From Convolutriloba macropyga (lineage: Eukaryota), in contig NC_134477.1 in assembly GCF_964194025.1 (NCBI RefSeq), positions 23,684,001 through 23,748,000 of the forward strand: a stretch of 64,000 nt of DNA, given 5' to 3'. Made by a program: the position numbers and the translations under genes. Shown piece by piece: positions 52,189 to 64,000 of this stretch; positions within the stretch are counted from its first letter, which is position 1; each line of letters begins with the position of its first letter. Below the pieces are notes generated by a model. The model saw only the letters and a program-made list of their open reading frames with translations. It had not been told where the DNA came from and did not search any database.

Positions 52189-52411
52189 ATACCGAATAAT
52201 GACAGACTGTACAGTGAAGAGAGATTGGACAAGCTTGGGTAGCTACTTGAGATTGCAGTATAGACTATTTCTCATGGACACTAAAGAGTGGATGCACAAG
52301 ATGATACTGAGACTGTTCATCACTCTCTCTCAATCAGGCATTCCATATTTTACTGATGGACTCAATAGACTTAGTTTAGAGGAACCACAGTCCGTTTTAA
52401 ACCCATCGTGA
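52189..52411 (+). CDS. ADCK5: ADCK5-like kinase terminal coding exon 7
   Basis: gtttag|52189 completes phase 2 (AG+A = Arg), giving PVNR-YRIM, like ADCK5 'PVDRYFLMA'. Ends at TGA 52409-52411. Confidence 0.85.
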
Positions 52412-52976
52412 ACACTATGTATTATGATATCTTTGATGAATTTGCCAGCACTAATGACCAAATTTTAATTAACTGTATAACACTTCAAGTCTTGTCAAAC
52501 CTCTATTTGGTTTCTATTTTTGATGCGGGTAATTTGAGCTTGACCTGCTAATAGTTTAAACTATGAAACTCTTAACGTAAAACAAGCGTCAAATCAGAGT
52601 TGAATTCTACGAATTGAAGTAATGGTCCTTCTTCAAGTTTATATGATCTAAAAGATATCTTGACGACTTTTGATTATAACGTATCTGAAATCTTCACAGA
52701 GGTCTAATTATCAATGCAAGTCATTGTAAATTTTTTTTGTGAAGATGTTTAATTGCTGTCAAGCAAACTGATGAACATGCAAAGCCAGGATAGCGTTAAG
52801 TTCTTTTAGAGCCTTACGGCTCTTTAGTCTATAACTGTCTTACTATGCAATTCGCCGAAACAGTTTGAGATAAATTCACAATGTGACCGCCCACCCCACT
52901 TGGTCACAATCCCATTCTACCCACCCCCCCCCCCCCCCAATGAAGCTAGCCTCCCGAAGACGCCTAGTCTGTTATT

Positions 52977-55817
52977 AATAGCCGAACAGCGGTAGCTGGG
53001 GCTATTATTGGCCTTCTCTTGGTTTTTTTACAATTCAAAGAATTTGAATTGTATTGGGGCGCTGTCTTTTAGGATCTGTTCACTCATTTTCATGATTTTT
53101 GAAGTCAAATTGGAGTAGTGATTTTGGTCACGCCGAAGCAGGAAATGGAGCGAAAAATCGAGTTGTTTTGCGGGATGAAACGTTTTCACTCGAAATTTAG
53201 TGTAGTGTGTTAAATGGTGTTTGAACAAAAATTCGATTTCTCTCTAGTGGTTTTTTATTCACATGCGGCATTTTGACGTTGAATTTGGCTCTTTTTTCGA
53301 TTTTTTATCTGATTGTTTTCTAAATGGTATTCCCAATTCATTCATATTCCGTTCTAGGTCTAGTTGTTTGTTTAGTCAATGAAAATTCTTTGAGTTGTAC
53401 ACGTCAGGACTTGTCCTGCTGTTTTTTTATTTCGTTGTCAAGATTGTTGTTACGACCATATGACGTCACAATCACTTATTAATAGCCGCCTCATCTTCTC
53501 AGCCGGCTATTATAGCGCTCCTATTTTTTTTTACAATCCAAGAATTGGATTGTATTGGTGCTCTGTCTTTTTTTTTATTTTTGTAAGATGTTTTCACACC
53601 TTTTTCGTGACTTTGAGCTTTCAAAACGGGATAAACAGGTAAAGCTCAGCGGGCATCAAGTTTCATTAGAGGTCCTTAGCCGCGTTAAGTAGTTCATCAA
53701 GTGCTTAGAGTGGTGAAGCTACTGGGAAGGCCGTAATTCAAGGTTAACAGGTCATTTTCAGAAGTTTTTGAGCCCAAAATGTTGCAATTTTTTCGTCTTT
53801 TCGGATTTTTTGTTGGACCAGTCTGAAATTGAGGTTTGTAAAAGTTGGTAAAGGTATTTTGCAAGACGTAATTACATTTTATGGCCATTTTAAGAGCTAT
53901 TTGTATTGCTACACCAAACATAAACACGGTAATTCATTCTAATTTTTAAAATTGTTACAAAGTTTATGAATATTGTTGTTGTTTCAGCTCTTGGTGTCAC
54001 AATAATAGGTTATTTTATAGTTTCTAGTGGTAATGGGTTGGTTTTTAACTTCACGAATTTTACCAATTTTTCTAAATAAAACTTGCAGTTGTTTCCAATT
54101 TTTGGACATTAATTGTCATTATTCAAGTTTTCGAGCTCCAGGGGGCAAGAAATCTCGCCTGGGATTTGCTAATAGTTTACTGCAAAATTTTTATTGGCCA
54201 TGGCATAAGCCATCTTTTTCAAATTTTTGAAAATTGTTGTCAATTTTTAGCTTTCTCTAACCTGAACAGCCAAAACATTTCCTTTAGGTTTTGATAATAG
54301 GTTACTGCATAGTTTCAAGTGGTAATGGGGAATGTGTTTCAAGATTTTAATATTACAAATTTTAGCGATTTTCGAATTGTAATTTTTTCATTGACTTCCT
54401 GAAATTTTAGTCTTTTTCCTCAGTGGCCAGGGGTTTGCTGCTATTGAGTTTGCTAGTATGTTTTTGCAGAGTTTCTAGTGGCAACAAAATAGTTTTCTGT
54501 TTTTTTAGATAGCAAATATAGGTAATTTTTTAAATAAAGCTTGCAATTTAAATTTTTTTGATTGTTTTCAAATTTTTTGAATTTATTTGCCAGTTTCTGA
54601 GTTTAACTATCTTTATTGGCCAACGAAACTTTTTAAATGTTGCAGATGGGTTTCAAGACAGAAGTCCACAGAGAAAAAATGAATTTGAACTTTTTTTCAG
54701 ACACATTTGCGAAAAATATCTTTAAATTTTTCATTTGAAGCATTTGTCCCGTTTCTTTTTGAAGCATTTGTCAATTTGTCATTTTTTTCGAGATTATCTA
54801 CTTTTAGTGTCAAATTAATCTCTTTCAAGTCTTTTGCGTGAGTTAATGACTATATTGCATTGTGTCATAAATGGCCTTCAGGTTAAAAGCTTCGAGAGTT
54901 TTAGGAATAATTGTTTTTTTTTGTTTTGTTTGATTCCTTTAGTTTCTCAACTTTCGAGATTTCGTCTTTTTGGCTAGGATTGTTCAATTGATCTGCTGGT
55001 CAGGTACATTAGGTCTGTTTTTCATTCAATTCCTTGGATTGTTTTTCAGGGCTTGTCCTGCTATGTTTTTTTACTTCGTCGAATAAAAAAATGTTTCGCT
55101 TTACCTCATTTTGCCGCCTTTTCAACATTTTGCGTGAAATCTTTTTGACTTCTCTAGGCTAGTTTCTCTCTTCTCTCATTCTGCTAAAAGTGATTTTGAA
55201 CATCAGTTGCTCAGCAAAGCAATTCAAAATGAACAATCAGTATAAAAATTGAGGTCAGAAATAGAAACGGGATAAACCCATAAAGCCCAATTTTAGATGC
55301 CCGCTATTTGAACCTCGTTCCTATAAGCATTAGTTGCCTCTCTCTAATGCTTATTGGTATTGATAGTAGCCCCTGTAGCCTCTCTCTAATAAACAGAAGT
55401 ACGTTATGTTCAACTACGAACTGCCATCAAATTAAATCGGACTTAAAAAATGTTTTTGTACAAAAATCTTTTTTTTTTCAATATCTTCTATTCTGTCAAT
55501 CCGATTCATGCTTATTGGAATCAACGGCGGCTATTTTCCGGCAATCTGCCGGGTATGTTTATTCATTCATTCATGCAATTTCAACTGAATTGCGTGCACG
55601 ATGTTATTTTTCACTCTTATTGGAGCGAGTTTGAACTCTAACTGAAGGTTATTTAAGAGCTGCTAATAGAAGCAGAAATAAGTTATACAGATTCATAGTC
55701 AAAATATAACATCTCACCATAAAATGAAAATTTCATTTTTTTCGTCTTTCTACTATTTTTTGAGGATGCAGATCTACGAAGCTATTGCGGCTCTTTTTTG
55801 GCAATCTGCCAGCTATG
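52977..55817 (+). mobile_element. Second nest of HINE-like elements
   Basis: Element A (52977-55817) contains B (53030-53421) and a 539-bp-type element (53481-55557). That element itself contains a B-like element (53533-55065; subTIR acaatccaagaatt/aattccttggattgt). Confidence 0.75.
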
Positions 55818-56601
55818 TTGTAAGGGTTTGTTGTCGTCAACATCATCCTTAACGTCAACTTTGGCGCCATCGTCATGCACATTATCACCATCATTATCAT
55901 CCCTATCACCACCATTATTAACATCATGAGTACTGACATCCTGATTAGCATTGATATCTTTACCGCAATATTTGATAGCATCACTGAGCCCAATGCCCTG
56001 TTTGAGGATAAGGGTCTGGAGCAGTTTTTCCTTTCTGAATCTCAGCGCATTAGAAGGTCACGAATTCTTTCGATTTCCCAAACCTATGTCGAAAGACTCT
56101 TCGGAACCGGTACTATTAAAAAACACGGAGTTCCATTTGACGGCACTTTATTTCCATTTATTTATAAATTCGTTACGAGGATCAGCTAATATGCTGTTGT
56201 CGCGAGCCCCGTAGTTGAACGCAGCAATTAGTTGAACTTGTCTGATTATCAACGACCCGATTGTGTGGGACGCTATGTAAAGATAACTTTTCCTAGATGC
56301 TTGTGTTGAGCTGAGTCGATCTGTTGATGAATTAGAAACACGCCCGAATTTTTATTGAACTCACCCAATGAGAGGAGTCTTTTCGTAAGCAATGTCCTCC
56401 AACAGTAGGGTACTTGAGCCCAGTTCATTAACGCGAGGAAATTAAAAAACGAGAGTTAAAAGGCTGAGGGAGAGAGGAAGAAACGTCAGAGATCGTAGAA
56501 AACATTAAGATTGGCAATAGGAAATAATCAGCAAACATTTAAATTTTAGATCAATATAAACCAAGATTATTTGATAATGGAGACCACGCAGATTGCAAGA
56601 A

Positions 56602-57180
56602 TTAAATGCTCTCAAAAAAATAAAAATCGATACCTTTTTCGCATAACTGGATAATGATGACGAGTATTTGAACTCTCATGAGTAGGAATTTCCATATGAT
56701 CATCGGTTTTTCCTGATGAAGATCAGCATGTTGACATTTACAATATTGATTCGCATCACCAAAAAATTCGCCATGAGAATAAAACACTGTGATTTCTCCA
56801 GAATTTATCGGTTGAATGAATTCTAATTGAATGCTTTTCTGATTACCATTTTCGCAGATGACATATCTAATATTTGGCCGGCAGCTATGGCCGGCAAACC
56901 GAGCAACACCAACCATGATGCGATCAAATTTGCGGACAGCTGTCTCACGAAACAAAGAAATTCCTTTAAAATCCGCTACGCAGTCTTAAGGTGTTGCCAG
57001 AAAACCACTTACTCAGAGCAAAAACGCAACAGGAAAACCCGAACTATTCATCAAAATACTCTTTCCTCCATAAAACAAATCGTAACCACCATATTCTTCA
57101 AGACAAAACGCCGAGCTAGCGTCACGGTAGGAAGCTTGTAAAAGATATTCCGAATAATCCTCCCAGCTCTAATATTTGCA
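56602..57180 (-). pseudogene. Degenerate intronless SET-domain sequence, Suv4-20/KMT5B(Set9)-like
   Basis: IMVGVARFAGHSCRPN...EITVFYSHGEFFGDANQYCKC parallels Suv4-20 'LWLGPAAFINHDCRPN...[21 protein letters not shown]'. The upstream VSGFLA segment is interrupted by stops. Confidence 0.7.
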
Positions 57181-59386
57181 TTGAATTCTTTTTGAGGAAA
57201 CCAATTCGAATGAAATCTTCCGCGATGTTAGCATCAGCTTGAGCAATCGCATAGCATTTCAGGATTTATGAAAAATGTTTCCGTAACAAAACAAGAGCAC
57301 ATTCGAATACTCGATAAAAAAAGCTGAACACTTATCATGAGCATTTAAAAAATTGCTTAAGAAAAATGATTCTCAGGCTAAACTTTTAAAAACTTAAAAG
57401 AAAGAAGACATTTTTATTTGAACATTCAATTCTGAGATAATTTCAAAAGTTTTCCAAATTGGCTGCAGTTTACTCAACGGAGCAAAATTTACTGCTTTTC
57501 ATTGATATACTTTGAAATTTTAAAACGAGAAAACAAAAGCAAGAAACCCAAACCAGCAAAAGAATGTTTTGATGCCAGCGTTTTTGCAAAACATTTTTTG
57601 GACAACAGCTTTGTAATCATCTTTTTCACAACCACTTTATCTTATCAGGAATTTTACGAAACTTTGGGAATCGTTGAGAGGATCCACACAAAACAACGCC
57701 CACAACCTCTTGCCGATATCAAAAAATGTTAACCAAATTTTGTTCAATTCTCCTTGTCAACCAAAGAATCGAAAGATGCAATACTTTGGAGAAAAATTAA
57801 AAAGCAAACAATTGGCAGCAAAATTTTGATGTCAAGTTTAGGTATCTTTATTTATTAATCAAGCAAACAACAAATTGATATTGAATTAACGCAAAAGTAA
57901 AATTGTCTAGATAAATCACAACTTCAACAAAGCAATTTAAAAGCTAGGAAGTAATTTTGTGAAAAAAGCTACATCAGAAACGTTGCAGTAGGGAAAGCGC
58001 CTTGGAGCATTCAAAAAGTACATACAACAAGGCAGCTTTTAAGGAAAATCTTGAAAAGCGAGAGAATAATTAAAATTCATATCTGCTACTGCATTGGTAA
58101 TACCAGGTTAGCATAGTATTCAAATTTTGCAGAACACATTGCTTTTTCCAAAAGTCGCGCGATGAAGACTGCTTTGGTTAAGACAAGCTCGTTATGTCTA
58201 ACCGAATCTTTCTTCTTCCCGAGTGTTTTCTGAAACTTGCGGTTTATGACACTCAGCATTAGAACGTGAGTGCCTTACAACCATCCCAATCAACATGTCT
58301 ACACCCCGCCCCAACCTCCCACCAATCGACAGTCACCCCCTTTAACTACCAACCCTCCCTCCCGCACCTACCCCTACACCTCTTAAACCTCTCCAACTCC
58401 TACCAAACCGCAGCCCACTTCCTACCTCCACCACCTACCTACCTCCCACAACACACGCCCAAAATCCTAATCCTTACTAAAATGTGTTTTTTATTCTCAC
58501 AACATATAGCACGTTACTATGTAAAAAAGTAGCTTACGCGCCGGAAGCGTAAAAGATATAAGCCCGCTAAGCTTGGGGGGGGGGGGCTGGTAAAAACTGG
58601 TAAAAAATATAACCCGCTTTTGTTCTATATCATCGCGTTACTTCTTGAGTGACTTTTTTACGCTTGAGTTCTTCATTTTTTATTGATCGAAGTTGCTTGC
58701 TTTCTGAAGTCAAGTTTGCTGCTACTATCAAAACGATTTTGAGCGATAAAAACTTAGTCATTCGAGAGCAATTCATCCGCCGTTAGTCGTTTCATGTTTC
58801 TATTTCTTTTTTGATATTCCTGAAAAGGTGGACTTAGTTAGGTTTTTATGGCACGAGCTATTCTACCAGCTATTATTTCAGCTGAAGCATGTTTGTCCAT
58901 CACTTAAACTCTTGACTTTAGTTTGTGAGGATTGACTTCTTTTTTAGGACGTGGGCATTGGATTTCAGCATTAACTTAGTTACTAATACAATTATTAAGA
59001 ACTGCTCATAGTACTCAAGGTCGAAAAGGCTGTTTTGAGCAGGTTTCTTCCCTTGACAATACCTCCTCCCTATCCAAACTACAGACATCCCCCCCCCCAC
59101 CTAGCCAAAGATAAATATATCCAAAAAATGGCATGATCAGTCAGACAATACGCTTGAATAACCGGAATAATGATGTTTTGACTAACCAGCTCAAAAAAAT
59201 TATGATAGAAATTTAGATAGAAGGATATACATTTAGATAGAAAGATATACATGATAAACAAAGTTCATGATATACAAAAACACACTTCGAGCTTTTTACT
59301 CAGTTAAATTTAAGAGACAGTATTTTCACAGATGCGCGAAATGTTTCCGACTGTAGACATGTGATTGAATCTCCTGTGTGACGTCA

Positions 59387-59687
59387 CTATGGATATGGGA
59401 CAGCATAGGGTTCGCTGACCGCACTCATGTGCAACACATCACTCCACTGATCACAACTGACTGTTACCACATTTAGATAGAAAGTTTTTCCCGCTTCATC
59501 CATACCGTTTTGGTAGAACACAGCGTAATAGTTATTAGTGCCCTCTACTTTGTAGTCTCTCTCCCAGTATTGTGGAAGTAACTGATGGTAAGCCCAATGG
59601 TGCTCGTCCGGCGCTGAGTAATGAAACTCGTTCAGGTACTTGAAATTGTCGCATTTGCTTAAATCGAAGTAGAAAATGAACACGCAT
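59387..59687 (-). CDS. Probable terminal coding exon of an unidentified minus-strand gene
   Basis: Acceptor ttttagttcAG|59687 is followed by a ~100-codon open frame with coding-like composition and GC higher than the flanks. Confidence 0.55.
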
Positions 59688-62600
59688 CTGAACTAAAACG
59701 GACCAAAATTGAGCTTAATCAAAATAAATAAATTTAGGTTAAATTAAATCTCAATAAACATAATTCGCCATTGCTGATAAAAAGAATCTGACTTTCCTTA
59801 ATTATTCTTAATTTAAGCAAACTTTACATCAACTGAGCTTCAAAAGTTAAGGCATCGCCACTTTAACACATATTTGTTCCGAGCAACCGTGGTGGGGGGG
59901 TGGAACAAAATGCTGAGCTGGGGTTTTTAGTTCAGTCAATTGACTGAAAAATTGTGAGTGGTATCGTTAGAAATCCCGTCCAGCCTAGAGTATAGAATTA
60001 AAAAAAATGTTTTATGAAATGCGCTTTTCCATCAGAGCTATCGAGGTTCAAAGTTATGTGAACAATTACCTAGATTCAGTTTTTTTGTCCACATTTGCCA
60101 CATTTTGCTCATTTTATTGTCAATTCTGTTCAAAAGCATGTTAAGTTTGTTAACAATAGTGTTATTAATTTTTTATGGTTAGAGACAAACGAGTATTGAT
60201 CAACTGTATCATTCAAATTTTTGGCTAACATTTTTTGCAAACTTTTGACCAAACTTTTCAAAAAAACAGCCCTTCATCAAAATTGATTAAATTAGGCTTC
60301 TATAGAACAATTTGTTTAAACTTGTCGGAAACAAAACACTAAAACTGCTGATATAATCTTCTCAGGCACCAAAGAGGAGTTGTTTTACATTTATTCCTAT
60401 GAGAGTGTCCTGGAACTAACAATTTGCCTGTTTTTCTCCTTTTTATTAGTTTAACTCGATAATTTTCCAAAAATTATTTTGTGTTCTTGACATATTGATT
60501 TTTGTCTTTTGCTAGCAAACAAAATAATTACAATTTATTTTGTTTCCAAAGGAAGTAGACCAACATGAAGGCTAGTTTAGGTCCAGACGATGGTTTTTAA
60601 AATGATAAGATCACTAGAAGTATAGACGAGGCTGTATTTTTTATTTTTCTGGTTTTTGTTTCTCTTCTGTTAATGATCGTGATGTAATTAAATATTTCAA
60701 ACTATGGCTCAGTTTATGCCACATCCAAATTACATTCAACTGAGGCCTAATGATAATTTATTCATTCAATTAAAAGATCTTTGTTTTTCTGTCTTCAACA
60801 AGCAATTGATCGACAACCTAATAAAATGGATTCATAAAGAGAAAAGCAAGAAAAGGAGGAGGAGATAATTATGGACAAATTCGAAAAAAAAATTCTCCAT
60901 TAAATTTGAACCAATATTTTAAAAAAATTTTAATTAAAATATCTAGTACATCAATAAACCACGCAAATTCAACGGAGAAACTTTAAACAACACTAAACAA
61001 TTAAAAAATGAAAAGATCAAAAAACCTGACAGAAATTTAAAAAATGTTTTATCGAATTAGGTAAAAAGTGCCCTGTTTAGCTTTTCTTCCCGGCAACTAT
61101 TTCGAGGAAATTTTTTTATAACTTCTGCCTGATCATTCACTAATCCAAAACGCTGGAGAGAAATAACAAACTGTGGGAAACTGAAAGAACAAAAAAGGCC
61201 TGAAAAAATAGAAGTTTGTGTAAGTTCTCCTAGTGAAAACTGTCACGTGAAGACCTGGAGTGTCAATGCATAGTACCAACACTTATAGGATAGGATAACT
61301 CTTTACTGAGAATGAACCCAGAAAAATTATAGCGGGAAGCCATTTATTAGGTGGAACAGGCAAAACCCTTACAAAACATTAAAAAGCTTGGGAAAAATGT
61401 GCGCAATTTTCTTCAGAAAAAAGAAATGAAAACAATTTTCAATCAAAATGAAAGACCAACAAAGCTTCTAGAGCAAGAATTTTTAGCCCCACAACTCCGT
61501 AAATGCCATTAAAGTTTTGAAGAAAAATGCTAATATTGATAAAAAAAACAAACTGGTAAAAACAGCTGCAAAAGGATCCTAAACGTGTTATATATGCTTA
61601 TGGTCAATGCTTATGGCCAAAGACATTACTACTGTTTAAATAATTGTGAGAAACACTTTTGATTGAGAAAATTGGAGTTAAACTTAAAAAAAACACTGCT
61701 TTCCGCCCGTTATCAAAAAGTTTTTCTCGCTTCGTGACAACTTTTGCACACCTTCTTTTCTTGATCTCGCTCAAAAAAATGACTCGAACACAAACAATTA
61801 TCTGTTCTTCGATTTCTTCAGTCGTTTGACCAAAAAAAATAGTTTTAACATTTCGCATTAACTTTCGGATCCTGTTTTAAATACATTCCAAAAAATTATC
61901 AATCAAAAATGACGTTCAACTATTACTCCTCTTTGAGTCGTAAAAATCGAGACGTTTGAAAAGAAACTAAATTTATAGGTACGACAAGCAACACAAAGAA
62001 CTGACTTTCAAAACTTGTGAACGGTGAAAGGGTTCTACAAACTAACCTCTTAAAAACAGCGGATCTGGCGTATCGGTTTTAAGTTAACCAAATTCACATT
62101 CACAGAGAGATTGTGCATTTTCTGCCCGAAAAAAATCTCAAAAAGGCGAAAAATGTTTCTGAGTTTACTGAATTAGCTGTTGTTCATTGCGATCATTTTA
62201 GCGGTTATTATGTTTAAAAAATATATCTGCAGCTCTTTACAAAGGTTTATCTTCCTTTGAGGCTGTGAATCGGGGCTGCAGTATCTGTTTACTAAACAAG
62301 AATGCCTACTTGATGTGGATCTCGTAGGAAGAAGTGCATCTCAACTTTGGAAGATCCTGGGAAAGGAGTGGAAGAAGGTCCGGTTGGGGGGAGTCCCACT
62401 TTACTGAGGCTGGTAGAGGAAAGCTGTTCAGATCCCCTGCTGTAGAAAGTGAGGTCCAGGGTGGCACATACTCCTGGCACATTCACAACCGCTTGTCTGC
62501 TTATGGATAACCTTAAAATGACAACTTGTTGCAATCTCGGGTTTCGGAAAAAAAACCCAAAGAAAAAATCAGGGAAATAAACCTCCACTTGACTGTCAAA

Positions 62601-63659
62601 GAGATGTAAATTCAATCAAATTAAATTAATTGAATAATTAAAAGAATTATATTCTAACACAATTACACAGATAAAAAGGCATTCTTCGTAATCTTGGATC
62701 TTGGTAAAATTGAACGCATTCTCCATTGTTCTTAAAAGCATTTTTGGAACCTTTAAGTTATGCTAGGGCAAGCTTGACATTATTCGGCTCATCATTTTGC
62801 AAAAGTTGTGCGTGATTCTTTCAAGACTTCGAAACTTTGAAGAGAAAAAATGTATCCATTACGGTTTTCATCTCGTGCAAGGTTGTGTATTAAGAAACAT
62901 TGTCATTGTGGGTTATTCCTATTAAAAGAATTTGGAAAGAAAAAGTCTTGTAAGAGTCTTGAAAAACTGCTGCTTGACTTCCTGTTAAAATGAGGGAAAA
63001 AAGCCTTCTCTTCGTTGCCCGTACACTGATGTAATGAATTGTTTTCATTCAGTTCTGGGCGAAGTTAAAACCCCAATTCGTTCACTGTATTTTGTAAATA
63101 GTTGCATTTCCTCTGTTGTTTTGAAGGTCAGAATTATTGTTTCCGAGTCTAGCGTGCTTTATCTCTCTTTCTGTGGTTTATTTCTAAAAACCTTAAAACG
63201 ACAACTGAATTAGAGTACTCAGAACCGATCAATTTTATACATTCCAACCAAGAAGAAAATGGAACTGTTCTCAAAGAGCTTGATTAAACAAAGTGGCGAG
63301 AAAACCAGGACAAAAAACAGCAATTTAGTCTCAAAAAGTTTTTTCACACTAAAGTTTTCCGGTATGATCATCAGGCGCTGCCAATTTCCTCGATAATTTC
63401 TGCAACTGCTGTTTTGAATCGAAAGGTAGTTAAATAAAGTTTAGAAAACAATCCAACTTCTTAGCTGGAGCACAATCAAGTAAAATTAACTCCTAAAATT
63501 TGTTGGCCGATATAAAATATATTCTGTCTTCTTATTAGAAAAGACTTAATTTACCTTAAACGCAGTTTGATTTTTGTGTTAATTCAGAACACATTTCTAC
63601 ATTGAAACATTTGGGATAAAAATAGAAATGGACGCCGGATGGAAGTGCAAAAAACGGGG

Positions 63660-63900
63660 GGACCCAGCGCAGGGGTGTAGGGGCTGAGACGCAGACTGAA
63701 GGATTGAGGAGGGACAGCAGGAGTGAGTTCGAGTCCCGACCAGGTAGCGGAATGTGAGAAGTGAGTACCAACATGAATGTCTGCCGTTCTCGAATCCAAG
63801 TGAAATACGTTGCAATGGTTAGGTAAAGCAACTGTTCTGTCGATCAACCCGCCTGAGTATGGTGTGCTTGACTTCTTTTCTTGTTGCTTGTTCTTTTTTA
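63660..63900 (+). mobile_element. tRNA-derived SINE-like element
   Basis: tRNA-like head with B-box gagttcgagtccc (about 63724-63737), an unrelated body, and a T-rich simple-repeat tail. Confidence 0.45.
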
Positions 63901-64000
63901 GTTTTTTTCATTAGTTAGTTTTCATCAAAATTAAGGTGATTAATTAAGATTACTCACGTGAATGGGATATCTCCGTCCTCAAAGGTGGTCGGGTTAGGAG

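Noticed and set aside
55733-56214. Met/Ile-rich ORFs
   Set aside because: They arise from a low-complexity (cat/atc)n tract; no recognisable domain.
62292-62615. Upstream exon partner for the 59387-59687 exon
   Set aside because: The region is GC-richer and open, but the apparent donor (caa|gtaggc, phase 0) does not match the phase-2 acceptor at 59687, and no product is recognisable.

Overview
Eukaryotic (probably invertebrate animal) AT-rich genomic DNA with one 200-N assembly gap. The backbone is a single split gene on the + strand, an ADCK5-like atypical (ABC1/UbiB) kinase. Seven coding exons can be joined in frame from 227 to 52411 with canonical GT-AG sites; the start codon lies upstream of the window. 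The 25-kb intron 7063-32122 holds nested Helentron-type non-autonomous elements, a Ty3/gypsy RT-RNaseH relic, and a decayed, internally deleted Polinton/Maverick. That Polinton has a pPolB with an embedded HNH domain and an apparent spliceosomal intron, plus major capsid and adenain-type protease genes. The same intron also holds the 3' part of an LTR element carrying an envelope gene resembling chuvirus/class III fusion glycoproteins, with PPxY and PSAP motifs in its tail, and a CRE-like non-LTR relic. The 19.5-kb intron 32689-52188 holds two tandem arrays (~540 bp and ~1.18 kb units), an inverted LTR, two intragenic duplicates of exons 5-6, and another gypsy pol relic. Downstream lie more nested elements, a decayed intronless Suv4-20-like SET domain, a probable last exon of a minus-strand gene, and a tRNA-derived SINE-like element. 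All family assignments come from motif recognition by eye; no searches were run.
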